A DNA stretch of 64,000 nt, taken from Azolla caroliniana (lineage: Eukaryota; Plantae; Polypodiophyta). Within the stretch, counting starts at the first letter, position 1. Each line of letters opens with the position of its first letter. A model generated the notes under the pieces. The model did no database searches and had not been told where the DNA came from. It worked only from the letters and a program-made list of their open reading frames with translations. The stretch covers positions 13,144,001 to 13,208,000 of the forward strand of contig JBHGNT010000020.1 of NCBI GenBank assembly GCA_043228905.1, read 5' to 3'. Below are positions 12,601 to 26,167 of the stretch, one piece after another. Position numbers and translations under genes: made by a program.

Positions 12601-14172
12601 GGATCACTTGTTGACAGAGATGATCTAGCTTCAGGCGGGATGCATCAGTTGTTCCTCTCCAATGCTGAAGTGTATATGCACCATTTTCGGCCTCCTATAT
12701 GGGCAAAATGTCAGGTATTGGTGCAATGAAGATTTGCATTTATGGACACAGATTTCATGTTGTATTCCTCACTTCTCTGCATTCTTGCTTTCAGATCTCC
12801 TTCCATATTTTTATGGATAATGGAATATCCGGGAAAGATAATTCTGGAGGAGAGGTTGAAATTGAAAAATTTGATACTCGAGTAGTGGAAGTGCGAAAGA
12901 GGGATCTGGTGCCTGTTTTGGACAGATTCAAGAACTACCAATTTGATGAGGATCTCAGGTAAAAGACTTCAGATAATATGCTGGAAAAGCCTTTATTTGC
13001 AATTCCTGTGATGCTTATTTTTCTTACATTTTTCTTAGAGACGACAATGTAACAAGTGTGAACAGTGTCCCTCTTCCACAAAGATTTTATTCAGGTATGC
13101 CGAATGGAACTGGTATAGATATCGGAGGGTTACAGATTCAACGTTCTTTTAGTGGAAGTAGTTGTGGCTCAAATGGAAGTGTGTATAGTTCGTCCAATGT
13201 CAATGCCCCTCTACATTATCCAGGTGCAGAGATTGTGTTTTTGCATTTGTTGAGACTTCTCATGCCTGAAGTATTTCAGCTTCCTCTTTATCATTGCTTT
13301 TATGTTCCTGGAATATTTCCCTTTTGTCTAGGCTTAGAGATTTGATCAAGATCTAGCTGCAAGGGCTAATAATAATTATGCTTGATTTAACTGTTTAAAC
13401 AGATATTCCTTCAGAGGAAAGGACACAGCCTGTGCCAACTTCCCTTCAGCTGTCCCAGAAGAATCATTCCCATCCAGAGAATACCACATTACAGGATCCA
13501 TATTTTCCAAGCCTCAACAATGGGAAAGAAAATTCCAAAGTATACCTCAATGGAGAGATGCATGACAACCAACTAAAAAGAGAACATGCAGTATTGACTT
13601 CTGAAGGAGATGGAGAGAGCAACACCCCTTTTCCTTCTACAAATCAGATAACAAGCAATGGAAATATTGCTGCTAACCAATACCTAACCAAAATGTCCAA
13701 GTCAACTGATAGCAATCAATTGGAGAAGAGTAGCCGTGGCGGCGCACCCAATGATGATGTCATGCTGAATTATGCTGATAGATTTGGCTTGCATGAATAC
13801 AAGGCTCCAGCAGAGGAGGTTGAAAGTAATGATGGTAATAGCAAGAGTGAAGATTTTGGTGGAGAAGAAGAGGAAGAACATGGAGAGGATGGATGGGAAG
13901 GAGGTATAGGAGAACCTGGAGAGGATGGGTGGGAAGGAGCTCTGTTTCCTTTTGCTGAAGGTATGTGAATGAAAAGTTTCTGATTTTCTTTAGAGGAAAA
14001 TTGAGTGGATCAAACAGCTGATTGGATACTTATTTTGCTTAAGAAGAATAATTAATTCAATGGATAGTGAATTTGCATAAGGATAGTTGAATGGGTACTT
14101 GGTTAAGGATCGTTGAATGAATACTGATTTGCGTTTTTCTTTCCTATTATATGAAAATGCACAGATTGCTGA
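6690..14172 (+). CDS. ATG18: Autophagy-related protein 18, BCAS3-type (ATG18f/g/h-like) WD40 PROPPIN, ~1003 aa
   Basis: GT-AG exons joining in frame: 6690-6869, 7846-8310, 8400-8810, 8906-9151, 11920-12714, 12795-12958, 13039-13223, 13403-13960, 14165-14172 (alternatively read-through to the stop at 13968). Family motifs: QWAGFD, GFQVWDVE, ELVSKRDGPV, GPRWLAYA, QFRAHTSPLSALCFDPTGTLLVTAS, LYKLSRGMTNAVIQDIAFS, BCAS3-like LSNAEV...RPPIWAK. Confidence 0.95.
11200..11336 (-). mobile_element. tRNA-derived SINE-like head / degenerate tRNA in ATG18 intron
   Basis: Minus strand has A-box-like TCAGTTATAAAGAGC (11332-11318) and B-box-like GAGTTCAATAC (11292-11282) at tRNA-like spacing; no intact cloverleaf; 3' extent uncertain. 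Confidence 0.45.
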
Positions 14173-15620
14173 AAGTTTTAGCTACATCAAATAGCAATGT
14201 AGTGAAGGCAGCGAAGAAAAGTTGGTTTTTGACTTGTTTCTGGTTTTTTAGTGCTCTTTCCGAATTTGGTTAAAACTACCATATCCGTTTTGCATCCTCT
14301 TGGTGGTTTTATCAGTAGTAGAATGCACGATGCCAAGATCTGATATACAAAATCTGAGCCGTATTACAAGCTACAGATTTCTGATCAATGAAAAAAGTCT
14401 TATGTGCTTTGCTCATATGGTATGATTCAATTTCGAGGGTGTACTGATTATACAAGATATCTGATAAAAAAGACATTTAGAAAGATTTAAAGAACGACGT
14501 ATACTGTCAATTCATATGGCTATGTTAATCAATGTATATATATATCTGTATATCATTTGTAAATATTCCGGGAAAAAAGGCCGATATTTGGCTTCGATTG
14601 GCGTGTGTAGATTGGATCCGAAGGCTAGGGTCCTTGATTTGATTCTACAATAATATTTGTATCTTGTTCCCAATTGTTGTTTCAAACGTGTAATAAAATT
14701 AATCCATTTTTATTATGTGCAATTTAATTTTCTTCCTTTTTGCCTAAATTTACATATTTTTTTAAATTGACTTGTCTTATGTATTTAGTTGGAATTGTAT
14801 CACATTATTGTGTGACCAATATTATTTAATAAATGCATTTGCTCAACAGGTTTGATATTAGATGGGCTCATTTCTATTTACGTTTCATTTTACAAATTCC
14901 ATCAAAAAACAATTGTATATTCAACACTGTTGTGTTTAAAGAAATCAACTATGGGTCCCAACATCCAAAAGTTATTGAATAAAAATGACTATCTATGACC
15001 TATCAGCATAGAGGACTAGTTATTCTGTTGAACCACCTTGCAAAGTTTCATAACAGAAACATAGCAGAAATAACCAGAAAGTGTTCATCTACTAAAATAC
15101 CAAAAATACTTATCAAAGAAAGATTTCTCTTTCCTAAACTGGCGTTATGTTCCAGTTCATACCTACAGGCTACAAGATTGTAGCAACATGCAGGTTCGTA
15201 GATAGTAAGGCACCATCGTGATGTTAAGGAACAAATATATGGAAAGTGTGTTTGAAGTACAATATTATAAGCATTACAAGCATTCCAACACTAGTGCACT
15301 ATCCCATGTGGATAAAACTAATAGCATACATAACTTATCCTCAGCAAATAGTTTGTAGATTAAAATCTTTGGAAGTTCCTTTAGCATGAAAAAAAGGAAA
15401 AATAGATACCAAAATTAACCATTTGAAAGGGGCAACACAATTGATGTGGTATGCCACATGCACGGGTTCAATCCCGGACAGATTTATTAATGTAAAAATT
15501 ATCATGTATTGGAATACAATGAAAGAGAGCATATATTTCCGACTTCCCTCAATGATTAACTGAAATTAACCAATGGAATTCAACTGTCGGTAATACAAAT
15601 GATCATTTCTACCTTTTAAT

Positions 15621-18600
15621 CTATTGTTTATCTTGTGGTATTTCAGGCAAGCCAGGGCCAAAAATATCTGGACAAAGAGACCAATTTCCTTCATTCCTTG
15701 CCTCCCAATAACCACCCACATATCTATAGGTGTCTTCGCCCTTGCCCTTGTGAAACCAGCGAGGTTGCCATCCTGTTTCTTGCAGTTTCCGAGCCTACAA
15801 AAAGAAAGACGAAACTTTTGCTCATGGACTCAACACAACCTGCTATGAGTATTCACGTAATCATACACTGAATAACTGATCAATTCATAAATTGCTCATA
15901 ACACATACCAATAAAAAAGTCAAAACTAAATATTTTTTCCATTTTCCTAACCATGCGTTGTTTCTCTTCTAGCCGTAACTTCTCTTCATGCATGTAATCA
16001 TACACTGAATAACTACTCATATCATAAACTTCTCATTACACGAACCCATAAGAAAGTCAAAAGCTAAATATTTTCTATTTTTCTAACCATGCGTTGTTTC
16101 TCTTCTAGCCGTAACTTCTCTTTATACGCCTCTTCATATTCACCATTTTCTAAATGACGTTGATCAGGTCGCAGCCTTGAATCTGTTGGAGGCAATTTCT
16201 CCTGGAAGGACGTTCATTCATTTATTCAGCATTCTAGGATAATTCTATAGGTATGATATTTCCAAAATGCATGACAAAGCATTACAGAAAAAACTATATG
16301 TAGTATACGAAAGAAAATTCCATGATGTACCTTTAGTCCTGGAGTAAGTTCGTTAAGTGTTATCGCAAAAGATGTCAAATTGTATCGTGTGGCAAACTGT
16401 GATGCCACATTACGCTCCCATAGTAGGACTGCTTCACCCATGGGATCGTAACCTTTGGGTTTTGTAGCTAGATCACCATTTATATAATACATGCTTTCAT
16501 CCCACTTTCCAATCAGTGATGCTAGCTTTTGTCCACTCTTATCATGAACGAAGCCCTGAACCTGTCAAAACAACCAATAACATATTTGTTCATTCTTCCG
16601 ACATGGACCAGTGTGGACTGTGTTAAATCGCTATGGTTGAGAGAAAGAATTTAGAAATATAAGATAATAAAATTCAGATGTTTTATGTTATCTATTGGGT
16701 TTTTATAGATGGTCATTACTGTACCATAAAGAAAGGTTTACCTGCAAAGATGACAGAATTGACTCATAACAGCAATACCCATTTTAGAAGATCTTAAGAG
16801 GACAGATACCTCCATCATACATCTTAACATTCCAAACATACAATAATTCGCTTTTGGGCATGTTCACTACTTTGCATTGCTTAGCAATATAACAAGCTAT
16901 AACTATTTATCTTTCCATTGCATAAACAAGCATACTCGGATATTTATCACATACAAGTCATGGAGTTCGCACAATGTCAATTAACAAATAAATTAATTTT
17001 AAGTGATGGATTATCAGGAAGCACCTGGTGAGGATTTCGGTCAATGATTGACTGCTCTTTAAACTTAAGCTTACAACTAAGTTCCCGATTCCCCTGGATG
17101 CGCATTGTGCCATAATGATCACAGTATAGCTTGCCGAGAATAAGATTGTAGATTGTTGTGGTCACCTGCAGCCACAAATGTTCATGTTCCACAGTGTTAC
17201 TGTTTCGTACATGATGCTAGCAATCATGAGCTTGACATACCCTTTTCATTTTTTAAAATATACTTAGGATCAAAAAATTATACTAATATTTCAAAAACAA
17301 ACTTAATCTAGAATGAGGGGACAAGAATTTCACGCAAACCTTGCTCCATTGGAAGATTTCACCATCATCAAACTCCAATGTCAGAACGCCAACCGGATCC
17401 AATTGTATAGATTGACCCCAAAACTTACTTTTCACAGTGCTGTCACCACAAAATTTCCAGCCTCTTCCCTCACAGTAGCAAGCAACAATCATTGGATGAT
17501 GGCTCACCTATAAAATTATGTATGAAAGAGAATGGAGATGCCCTCAAATTTGTCCAGAATTATAGAGAACATCTACCAATTATCATATTCAATGACCAAC
17601 ATTTTACACCAAACATGCATAACTCAGAAATGGCATTGATCATAAATAAATTGGACCCAATTGAAGTCAGTTATGTATTTTTTGAGGTTTCACGGGAATT
17701 TGGACGATCAATTACAGAATAGAGTGGGTTCAATTGTACTATTTACATCTTTACTGTTTCCCCCTTCTTGCCAATTGAATGGATAAATACTTCCCAAACA
17801 TGGGGAGTATGACGAATTGACTTCATAATTAGGTCCTTCCTCACTTATCTAGGAGATGTATGTTGCATCCACTAGAAAGGTAAATATGTCACTCTCCACC
17901 AAGAGAGGTAAATATGCCAAAAATCAGAATAAATGACATTACAGTTATAGAGCCCTCCTCTTACATGGATGTGGCCATATACATTTTTCATAGAGGTGAG
18001 TCAAATCATCCACAGCTCCTATTCATCTGTCATGGCTGATGGATTGTTGAAGATGGATTGGCATCAAAACACATACATATGGGTATGGAAGTATGTTACC
18101 AGGCATTAGATTCAAACATATGTGACCGCATATACCATATGTAGTTTTGGGCAGGCATAATTACCATATAGTAAGCAATGATTCCTGAGGTTCCAATAAT
18201 ATCACTCTTCCTTCCGTGATAAAAGAATCTGCTTGACCAGCAGTCATCCAGCATTTCTTAACAATACTTGGTTTACTATCTCTGTATCACAAGTGAATGT
18301 TTCTCTACTTGACCCTAGAGTTAAGATTATTCCATACTCCAACATAAATAAGTCTCTACTTCAACATCTTGTGAATCAAGATTAAGAACTCTAGAAAATT
18401 AAATGTCAATGGCATAATCCTGCACGAATTTCTCAAACAATGTTTGTATATCAGAAACATGCCCTGAATACAATTGTTTATTATAAGTTTGAAGCAATTA
18501 TTCTCCTACAACTAAGTATTCAACCATCATAACAAAAGTTTTAAAAAAAAAGATTTTCATTATCTGAAAACCTAGGAATCTTGAAATATGTAAATCAATC

Positions 18601-21600
18601 ATACCTTCTCTGAACAAAAGCGTAAACCCTTATCCGGAAACTCTGCCTCATATGTCTCACCCAGAAGTGGATTAAAAGGCTTACAAATCCTTCCTTCAGT
18701 AGATGAATATCCAGAGACTGCAAATGCAGCAACATGCAGCAACCTCATTAGAGAATTACCCTGCAATGATGAGAACAAACGCAAAAGGATGAGCTTTACC
18801 AAGCTGTCGTACCTCTTTATTTTAAAATATAAAAGAGGGTGTAGAAATACCCGCTTTCCCCATTCAGAAGCTCGATCAAGAAGGTAAGAATACTCAAGAT
18901 CTTCAAAGCATTTTTGCAAAGAGGAAATTGGTTCGTTAAAGCACACAGGAAGACACACTTTGGTTAGATCCGTACCAATATTGCCTTTGATCAATGACCA
19001 CAAACTGGCTCGTTTTTCCACTTCCTTTGGCTCGGGTAAGCTTTTACGCCTCTTAACATGAGGATAGTTAAAACCAATAAGATCCATCCCAGGGTCCGTG
19101 CTGGCCTTTTTAGCCTTTGGAGATGTCTCTTCAGACTCGGATGTACTTGCAAAAGAATCTCCAAGGTTGTTGTGCCTGCGATATGCAAGGAATTCCTTTG
19201 TGTCAAAGAATACATCATCCTCCTCATCAGACTCTCCATCGACACCGTCATGCTTCTCGATGTCTTCATCCGATTCACTTGCACTTCCTTCTGTAATAGT
19301 AAAACTGATTGTTAACAATCTAAACAACACATATTTCAAGAAGATATTTCTAATTCCATAACCTACCACAATCTTTTGCTTGCAATTCCCTCGAGTAGTC
19401 GCTTTGCCCATGCTTTTGGCTTTCATCAACAACAGTATTCTCCAGCTCTACCTTCTCAGCCTGTACCAGATAACAATATATGTATATATTATTACCATAT
19501 GAACTTACAAATATAGAACAAAATTAGTTCAAAACACAAAATACACAAAAAAAATCATCCCAAAGAGTATACATTGCATCAACAATGGCATCCATATCAT
19601 GGATAAGATGCCATGGCATCCCTAGGCATATTTACAGATCCAAGGATAAGGCCAGAGTTTACATGTCAACATTCATATCAAATACATAGTGAGCGCCCTT
19701 ATGGTAATGGATATAACAACATTCATATCACATCCTTATGGTAATGGATATAGATAAAATGCGAAAAATCATCATAATAATAAAAGTATCTGTGATGTAC
19801 ACAATTATGTATAAGCAAACTATATGCATATGTCCACAAACAAAAAAGAGTCAATATAGGAAAAGAAAGGTAAAAACAATGCAAATTGAACACTCAACTC
19901 AGTTGCATGCTAGTTCTAACTTCCACTTGTTTTTAAGCACCTTTGAAACTATTTGAATCTTTCAAATGTAAATGAAAACAGGATGGTTTGTTATACATGA
20001 AGCATTTAGATAAAATGGAGCAGCCAAAAAGAAGAGAACCATGATGTTATTTTGAGATATTAGACCAATTTTCTTATACTTTTTACAGTTCCATAACATA
20101 CAAATTTCCCCATCCATTTATATTTAGGAAGTTCATAAGGATCCTTATATTTTTACCCTGGAGGGAAGCACAGCATGACAAAAAGAAAAGTGAGAAGAAT
20201 GAGGCAGTATCTGCACCTCAAGCAACCTTAACCGGTCAATCAATGTGATGTGATTTTGTTGCAAGGCTTTTAATTGTTCCTGAAGCTCCATAAACTCGGA
20301 CATCATTATCTCTTCGCAATCTTCCACCAACTTTCTACTTAAACCCACTTCTGTTAGATGAGATCTCAACTTGGTAGTGGAAATGGTGATTTCCTCAAAT
20401 GGTAATATCAAGCCATGGGCAATAGGTATCTTCGGAAAGAGATCCTTTGCTGCCTGAAGAGAATCTAACCACACACTCCGATCTTCTCTATTCTCTGCTC
20501 GAAGATGCAATGTTTTTGTGCCAGTGAATATATATAACTTCTTATCATCTGATTTGCTTTTACGAATGGAAGAAATCTGAAAAAGCAGAATAAGTAAAGC
20601 TTCATAGAAGATGAACCAAGAAAACGACTACTCCATGGAAGATGCTATTTATTAATGAGCTGGATACAGTTCTGTCTAATTTGATATGGAAAAAGAAATT
20701 CGGTTGCATTGCTGATAAGGTTAACTTAAAGCGAGAAATGACTACTTTCTTACTACATGAATCCAGTCACAATGAGTTGCTTCAGTTGAATAAGATGGCA
20801 TCCCAATGCATCAGTTACTTTAATTTATGAATCATAATGTTAAGTCGCGTCAAGTCATTGATTGACTTATTTAATGCAGAAGCAGAAGATTTAAAACAAT
20901 AAAGAGTCAAGCTTAACAAAAGAGAGAACAAGAGAAGATGTGTCCAAAGAAAATACTCGTGTATTGAATCAAAATGTTCTGTACAGAGCTGAGACATGTT
21001 ATGAGAAGAATTCACTTAAAGGGCAGAATGAGCAAGCGACTGAAAGAGGGGAGCCCCTGTCTATAGGAGCAGCACAGAATAGAGGGAACACAAAAAGACA
21101 ACGGGTAAACATAACACCCAGCAAACATTTGATTATGCAAAACATGGGAAGGCAATCTCATATGACTTGTGAAAGAATTAAGAAATACAGAACTTAGAAT
21201 CAGGCCATACGCCGGGCCAGCAAGAAACCAAAATCTACCATTATATGTTTACATTGGCTAGTCCCCCATCTAAGGATATGCACTCATTTAATGCAATGAC
21301 GTTAATTCAAGTGACATTGTTTGTTTGAAATACTAAGTGAATTAGGTTAAGTCACAAGGCATTGTTTGCTTGAGTACATGAATGTTGAAGTTACATCACA
21401 AAAAGGCATTAGTTGTTTTATCTAACACATTAATCATGCGGTTAAAATTGAAAGGACAAAATGAATGTTATTAAGCAATAATACATGAATCTGGCTTACA
21501 CACCTTCAAATGCAGCTCCCCAGATATCTTTGGATGTGAATCGTCATTGTTAGCATTCCTACACTTTTTCATATACCGAAGAGACTCATCTCCAACGACC

Positions 21601-22196
21601 CGGAATCCTTTTTGCCCTTCCTTCACCATGATCTTACCATGCCCATGTACCTTATAATAGGATAAGACTCCATCCTGCAAGACAAACCATCTTGGCCTCC
21701 ATCCTTTGCCGAAATTAACCCATTTATACAAAAGTCCAGCTGCATTCGACCCAACAGTACATGTCATTGCGATCAAGGAGGAATCCCTCCGACTCTCCTT
21801 GCTTTCATGGAAGTGAGAAGAAGGCAAGGAAGCTCGAACTGAAGCATCAATTGTGTGGGTAGATTTCAATTCTTTAACTTCTTTGAGATCTTTAAGCTTT
21901 CCATTAGAGGATGAGTGGCTAGGGGAACGACGAAGAGTGAAATGATCGACAACTGAGGTCCTTGGGAAAACCTTGGTAATGGATCCTCCTTCAGATGATG
22001 AGTCAGTGACTGTGTGAATCCGAGACACGAATGATCGTGAAGGCAAGGAGGAGGAGGAGGAGGATGTCAAAGGTGATGTTTTTGAATGTGAGGCTGGAGG
22101 CAGAGGAGGAGGAGAATGGCTTATATTAGATTCTTCACCTCCTCCTCCGCCTCCTCCATCCCTAGGTATGGGAGCAATGCAACAAAGAGGATGCAT
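15621..22196 (-). CDS. ORP1: Oxysterol-binding protein-related protein, PH-domain class (ORP1/ORP2-like), ~856 aa
   Basis: Exons (-): 22196-21504, 20576-20217, 19460-19367, 19290-18851, 18760-18605, 17507-17340, 17165-17025, 16561-16331, 16201-16088, 15794-15621; all GT-AG and in frame. N-terminal MHPLCC; PH domain [29 protein letters not shown]; ORD motifs [59 protein letters not shown]. Confidence 0.96.
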
Positions 22197-22505
22197 TCAA
22201 TCTGGAACGATATCTCGCCCAAAAGCAAATCAAACCAAAAAATCCTTTCAGCTTACTGTTACAGATGTTTCAAATCTTCCCTATTCCTGAACCTTCGTAG
22301 ATTCATTCGAAGGTTCGCCCAAATCTTCGACAATCTACATGAAGATCCACTCGTATGCACCCCATCCAAGGGTTCAGGGACCCCGCCGACAGGAGGTGTA
22401 AAAATGTTTTAGCAGAGGAAAGATGGATTCCTCGAAAGAGAAAAAAAAATCATTCTGGGAGTTCATAAGACGTGATTCTTTATAGATATGGTCTCCTTTC
22501 TAACA

Positions 22506-22571
22506 CCTTCTTCTTCTTCTTCTTCTTCTTCTTCTTCTTGTTACTCTTCTTCTTCTTCTTCTTCTTCTTCT
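22506..22571. repeat. (TTC)n microsatellite in ORP 5' region, followed by T-rich low-complexity tract
   Basis: Two TTC runs read directly; T/A-rich low complexity continues to ~23230, including (ATTT)n at ~22966-22991. Confidence 0.9.
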
Positions 22572-25018
22572 TTGAAATGAAAACGAAGAAAAAGCAACAA
22601 ATAGAGAAATACCTCAGAATCAGAGGATGTGGATCTGCAGAGAGAAATTGATGGGTTCTGCTTTCGTTCTTCCTTCCTGAAGAAGACGAGCAGAAGAAGA
22701 GTTTTTCCTTCTGTTTTCTTACTTTTCCTTTTTTTCCTTTTTTCTTTTTCTTTCTTTTCTTTTTTTCTTTTTCTTTTTTTTTTCCTTTTTCCTGTCTCAT
22801 TTTTTCCATTTACACATTAATTCCATATATTTATTTCTTAATTAACTTTTCTGTACATATATATGTATTTCTTTACTGATTAATTTCTATATATTTATTT
22901 ATTAATCGACATATATACATATGTATGTGTGTTATTGATTGATTAATTAGCTTCTTCTTTTTTCTTATTTATTTATTTATTTATTTATTTCTATACCTTT
23001 ATTAATTAGTAGCTGATGCATTTATTTATCAGTTAATTTTCACATATTTATCTATTAATTAGTTTCTATTCACCTTCCTATCTAATTAATTTCTGTAATA
23101 TTTTGTTTTATTTTTTTGTTTATTAATTTTAACACTTAATTCCATACATATATCTGTGCTTGTGTGTTTGTTTTTTACCCAAAAAATATTCTTCTTTGTT
23201 TTTTAATCTTTTGTTTATTGTTTTGTTTTTTTTAAATCTCATCTCTACAAAGCTTAGCTTTCCTAAACATGTATTAAGAGAAATTTACAAAAATAGCCTA
23301 TAGTATTTCTTTTCATTCATCTTTATTATTTTTTACTACCCCATCACCCAATGTCAAAACAGTTTCTAGAGAATTCCTATCAAAATAGCTTTCATCGTAT
23401 CGATGTCTTCAGCAGTTATGATCGTGACATGCTCATATTTCCCTCCGCTTATAAGCTATCTACGGAATCGGTACCGATCATATGACTTCATTAGCATGTA
23501 TTCTAGAAGCATGGCATCTGACAATATACCGTATCGTGTGTTGCAGTTAGTGAATACCTTGTGTTGTGTTGAGCTACCCGACAGTTCCTTCTAGGCATGT
23601 CTTTTTTTAACATCTGAGCAGGTGAGGAGTGTTGTTAACAAAGACATAGGACAAAACATTCCCCCCTTGTGTAACCAAAATACTCCTTATGCCAACAATT
23701 GAGAAGCCAACCTTGGGTGCTCGATGGTTCACGTGGATTCATTTGGGGTTGCATTATTAGTCACGTGTCTTTCTTCCTAGATTTCAGTTTCTATTACAAT
23801 GAATTCGTAATAGTATGGAAATGTTGAACTATCTCGATATCACATAACCACATACGTCATTCTTTGCATGATTGGCCTTTAGCCCCATGACCTTCCTCTA
23901 AACTAACCTTGCTTTAACCGATTCGTTTGAATTTGAATGTTGTTTATTTGCAACATGTTTAGGTTTTCTACCATTAGTAATAATCACTCATTTGTTCAAG
24001 ATATTGTAAGTCTACTTCTCCGTCTTCCTTGCATGTATAAACCTCATCAAGTATACAACGTGGTAACAATTGTACATCGCACTTCTTGATTGAATATGTG
24101 TGTGCAAGGAATATTTCTCCCACCTACTTTCTAACGCACTACTTTTCTCCATGAGGCATTTTGTATGTCAACATTCATTGCGGGTTTTCACCCATGAATT
24201 GTATACAGCCAACCTAATAGTCCCATAGCTCAAAGAATTAAGGTGAACCATGATGAGGCGCACTCCACGAATGTCGTGTGAGAGAGAATGATCCTAAATC
24301 ACCCCTTTGAGATTTCTCCACAAACTCTCTCTCGTGTTTGTTCCTATCCCTAATTGTCAAGGCTCTTCATCATCGCAGGTAAGTGTTTCAAGGATACGAG
24401 ACTTTAGAATGTTGTCATGAATATTGTCTTTCACTACGGATCCTCACGTGCTCGGGTGAAACCATCAGTATTCTTGACAAAGGGATCATTGAATCAAGGA
24501 AATACATACATGAATTCATAAGCGAGAACGTGGACAATGGAAGAAATATATAGGTTGTAAATAGTATTAGAATTGTTTATATACAAATAGTGATAGTAGG
24601 GTAGTTACTAGAACCCAAATAGTATATTCTAATAATTGCAAACCCCCCCCCCCAAACATTAATTGCCCATATTCATACTTTTCTCCCATTGCTTAAGCTA
24701 GTATTGTTTTCTTTTCTCTCTAGCACTTTAAGTATTTTGCTTGAGAGTCCATTACAAGAAGTCAAGTAATACACTCAACACACATGGCGATCTAAAAGAG
24801 TAATGTTTTCATGGTGTTTTTTTATCCTAGGTCAACGAGGTCATATTAATATATTGTAATGTTTACAATTGTGGGTAATGTGCACACATGAGGTCTACTT
24901 AGAATGTCATATGTGACCTTAAACCACATTGTTTTAGTACTAGTTCACATTGTGTGTCTATAGAAACATGGCAACTTTAATGCCAAGAGGGAATAACAAT
25001 TTCAAGTAGTTCCAACAA

Positions 25019-26167
25019 TTTCATGATGGCAGATTTCACCATTTCTTCGAGTGTTGGCGTACATTGGGCATCCCTAATGAGGTGCTCATTCCCTTTTGGA
25101 AGGGTCTCTGGCGTCTCCACATGCCGGAAAAGATAAAGTTTTTTTGGTGGCAAATCGGTCATAATGTGGTTCCCGTTGGCGAATGGCTAGGTAAACCTGG
25201 CGGCCCGTTAGGCTGCCCACTTTGCCATTCACCTATTGAGACTCAAAGGCATTGTCTATGGGATTACCCTCAAACTCAAAAGGTATGGGATAGAGTGACT
25301 CGCCTCCTTGCGGCATGTGAAGTGGAAGGAACAACATCGTGGAGTGTTGTGGCATGGCTTGATCACTTCGTTGATAGGTGGACGGACGCCTTCAATGCGG
25401 ATAGTTGGTGCTACGTATGCATGAGAGGCAAAATCGCCAAGATTAGATTTGAGAGAGCCTTGCAGTCTGCATCCCCTAGGTTCCCGGACATTTGGATGTT
25501 GATTGCAGGCTTCACCTTGTGGTATGTATGGAAAGCGCATTGCTTAAAGGTCTTTCCGGATCTGGTGTGGCCCTTGGAGGAAGTGATCATGGACATATGG
25601 TTTGCGCTTATCAAATGCAGTCCGCATCCCCTAGGTTCCCGAACATTTGGATGTTGATTACAGGCTTCACCTTGTGGTATGTATGGAAAGCGCGTTGCCT
25701 AAAGGTCTTTCCGGATCTGGTGCAGCCCCTGGAGGAAGTGATCATGGACATATGGTTTGCGCTTATCAGATGCCTGCGAGGGCAATTGGATGAGGTTTGC
25801 AGCCATTCCACTGACCGTTTGCGCTTTTGGCAGGAATGGCGGAACACGCCTATGGTGACACAAGGAGGAAGTGGCCCGAGGTGGAACTACCAGCCCCCAC
25901 ATTGGTTGTTTCCGTCTCACTTACCACCCTCCCTTCGCTGTCGACCCCAGGAGTTGTCTCGTACTAGCCATCTCTGAAGGGCATCGTTTTTAGCTATAGG
26001 TACTTACATTAAGTAGTTAGTTTGAAAGGCGATGTAACTAGTCTCATTTTCTTAAACTTGATCGGAGGGAGATTCCCCAATCTATGTATAAGCCTCCTTT
26101 GTATAGTCTCTTTGTAATAATCCTTCCTAACTAATGGGAAAGTAGCTTCATTTTGGAAGAAAAAAAA
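25019..26167 (+). mobile_element. 5'-truncated L1-like LINE (zf-RVT-containing 3' end) with poly(A) and 15-bp TSD
   Basis: TSD AAGTAGTTCCAACAA at 25004-25018 and 26168-26182; poly(A) ~26160-26169; ORF 25064-25657 has the zf-RVT pattern PEKIKFFWWQIGHNVVP...CPLC...ETQRHCLWDYP; internal 155-bp tandem duplication. Confidence 0.92.

Noticed and set aside
13882-13945. WEGG/WEGA as ATG8-interacting motifs
   Set aside because: They do not fit the W/F/Y-x-x-L/I/V core; the hydrophobic residue is one position too far.
22480-22820. Lys-rich and Phe-rich ORFs
   Set aside because: Translations of TTC/T-rich simple repeats.
23400-24560. Possible TE or pseudogene remnant
   Set aside because: No diagnostic motif, TIR, LTR or TSD found by eye.
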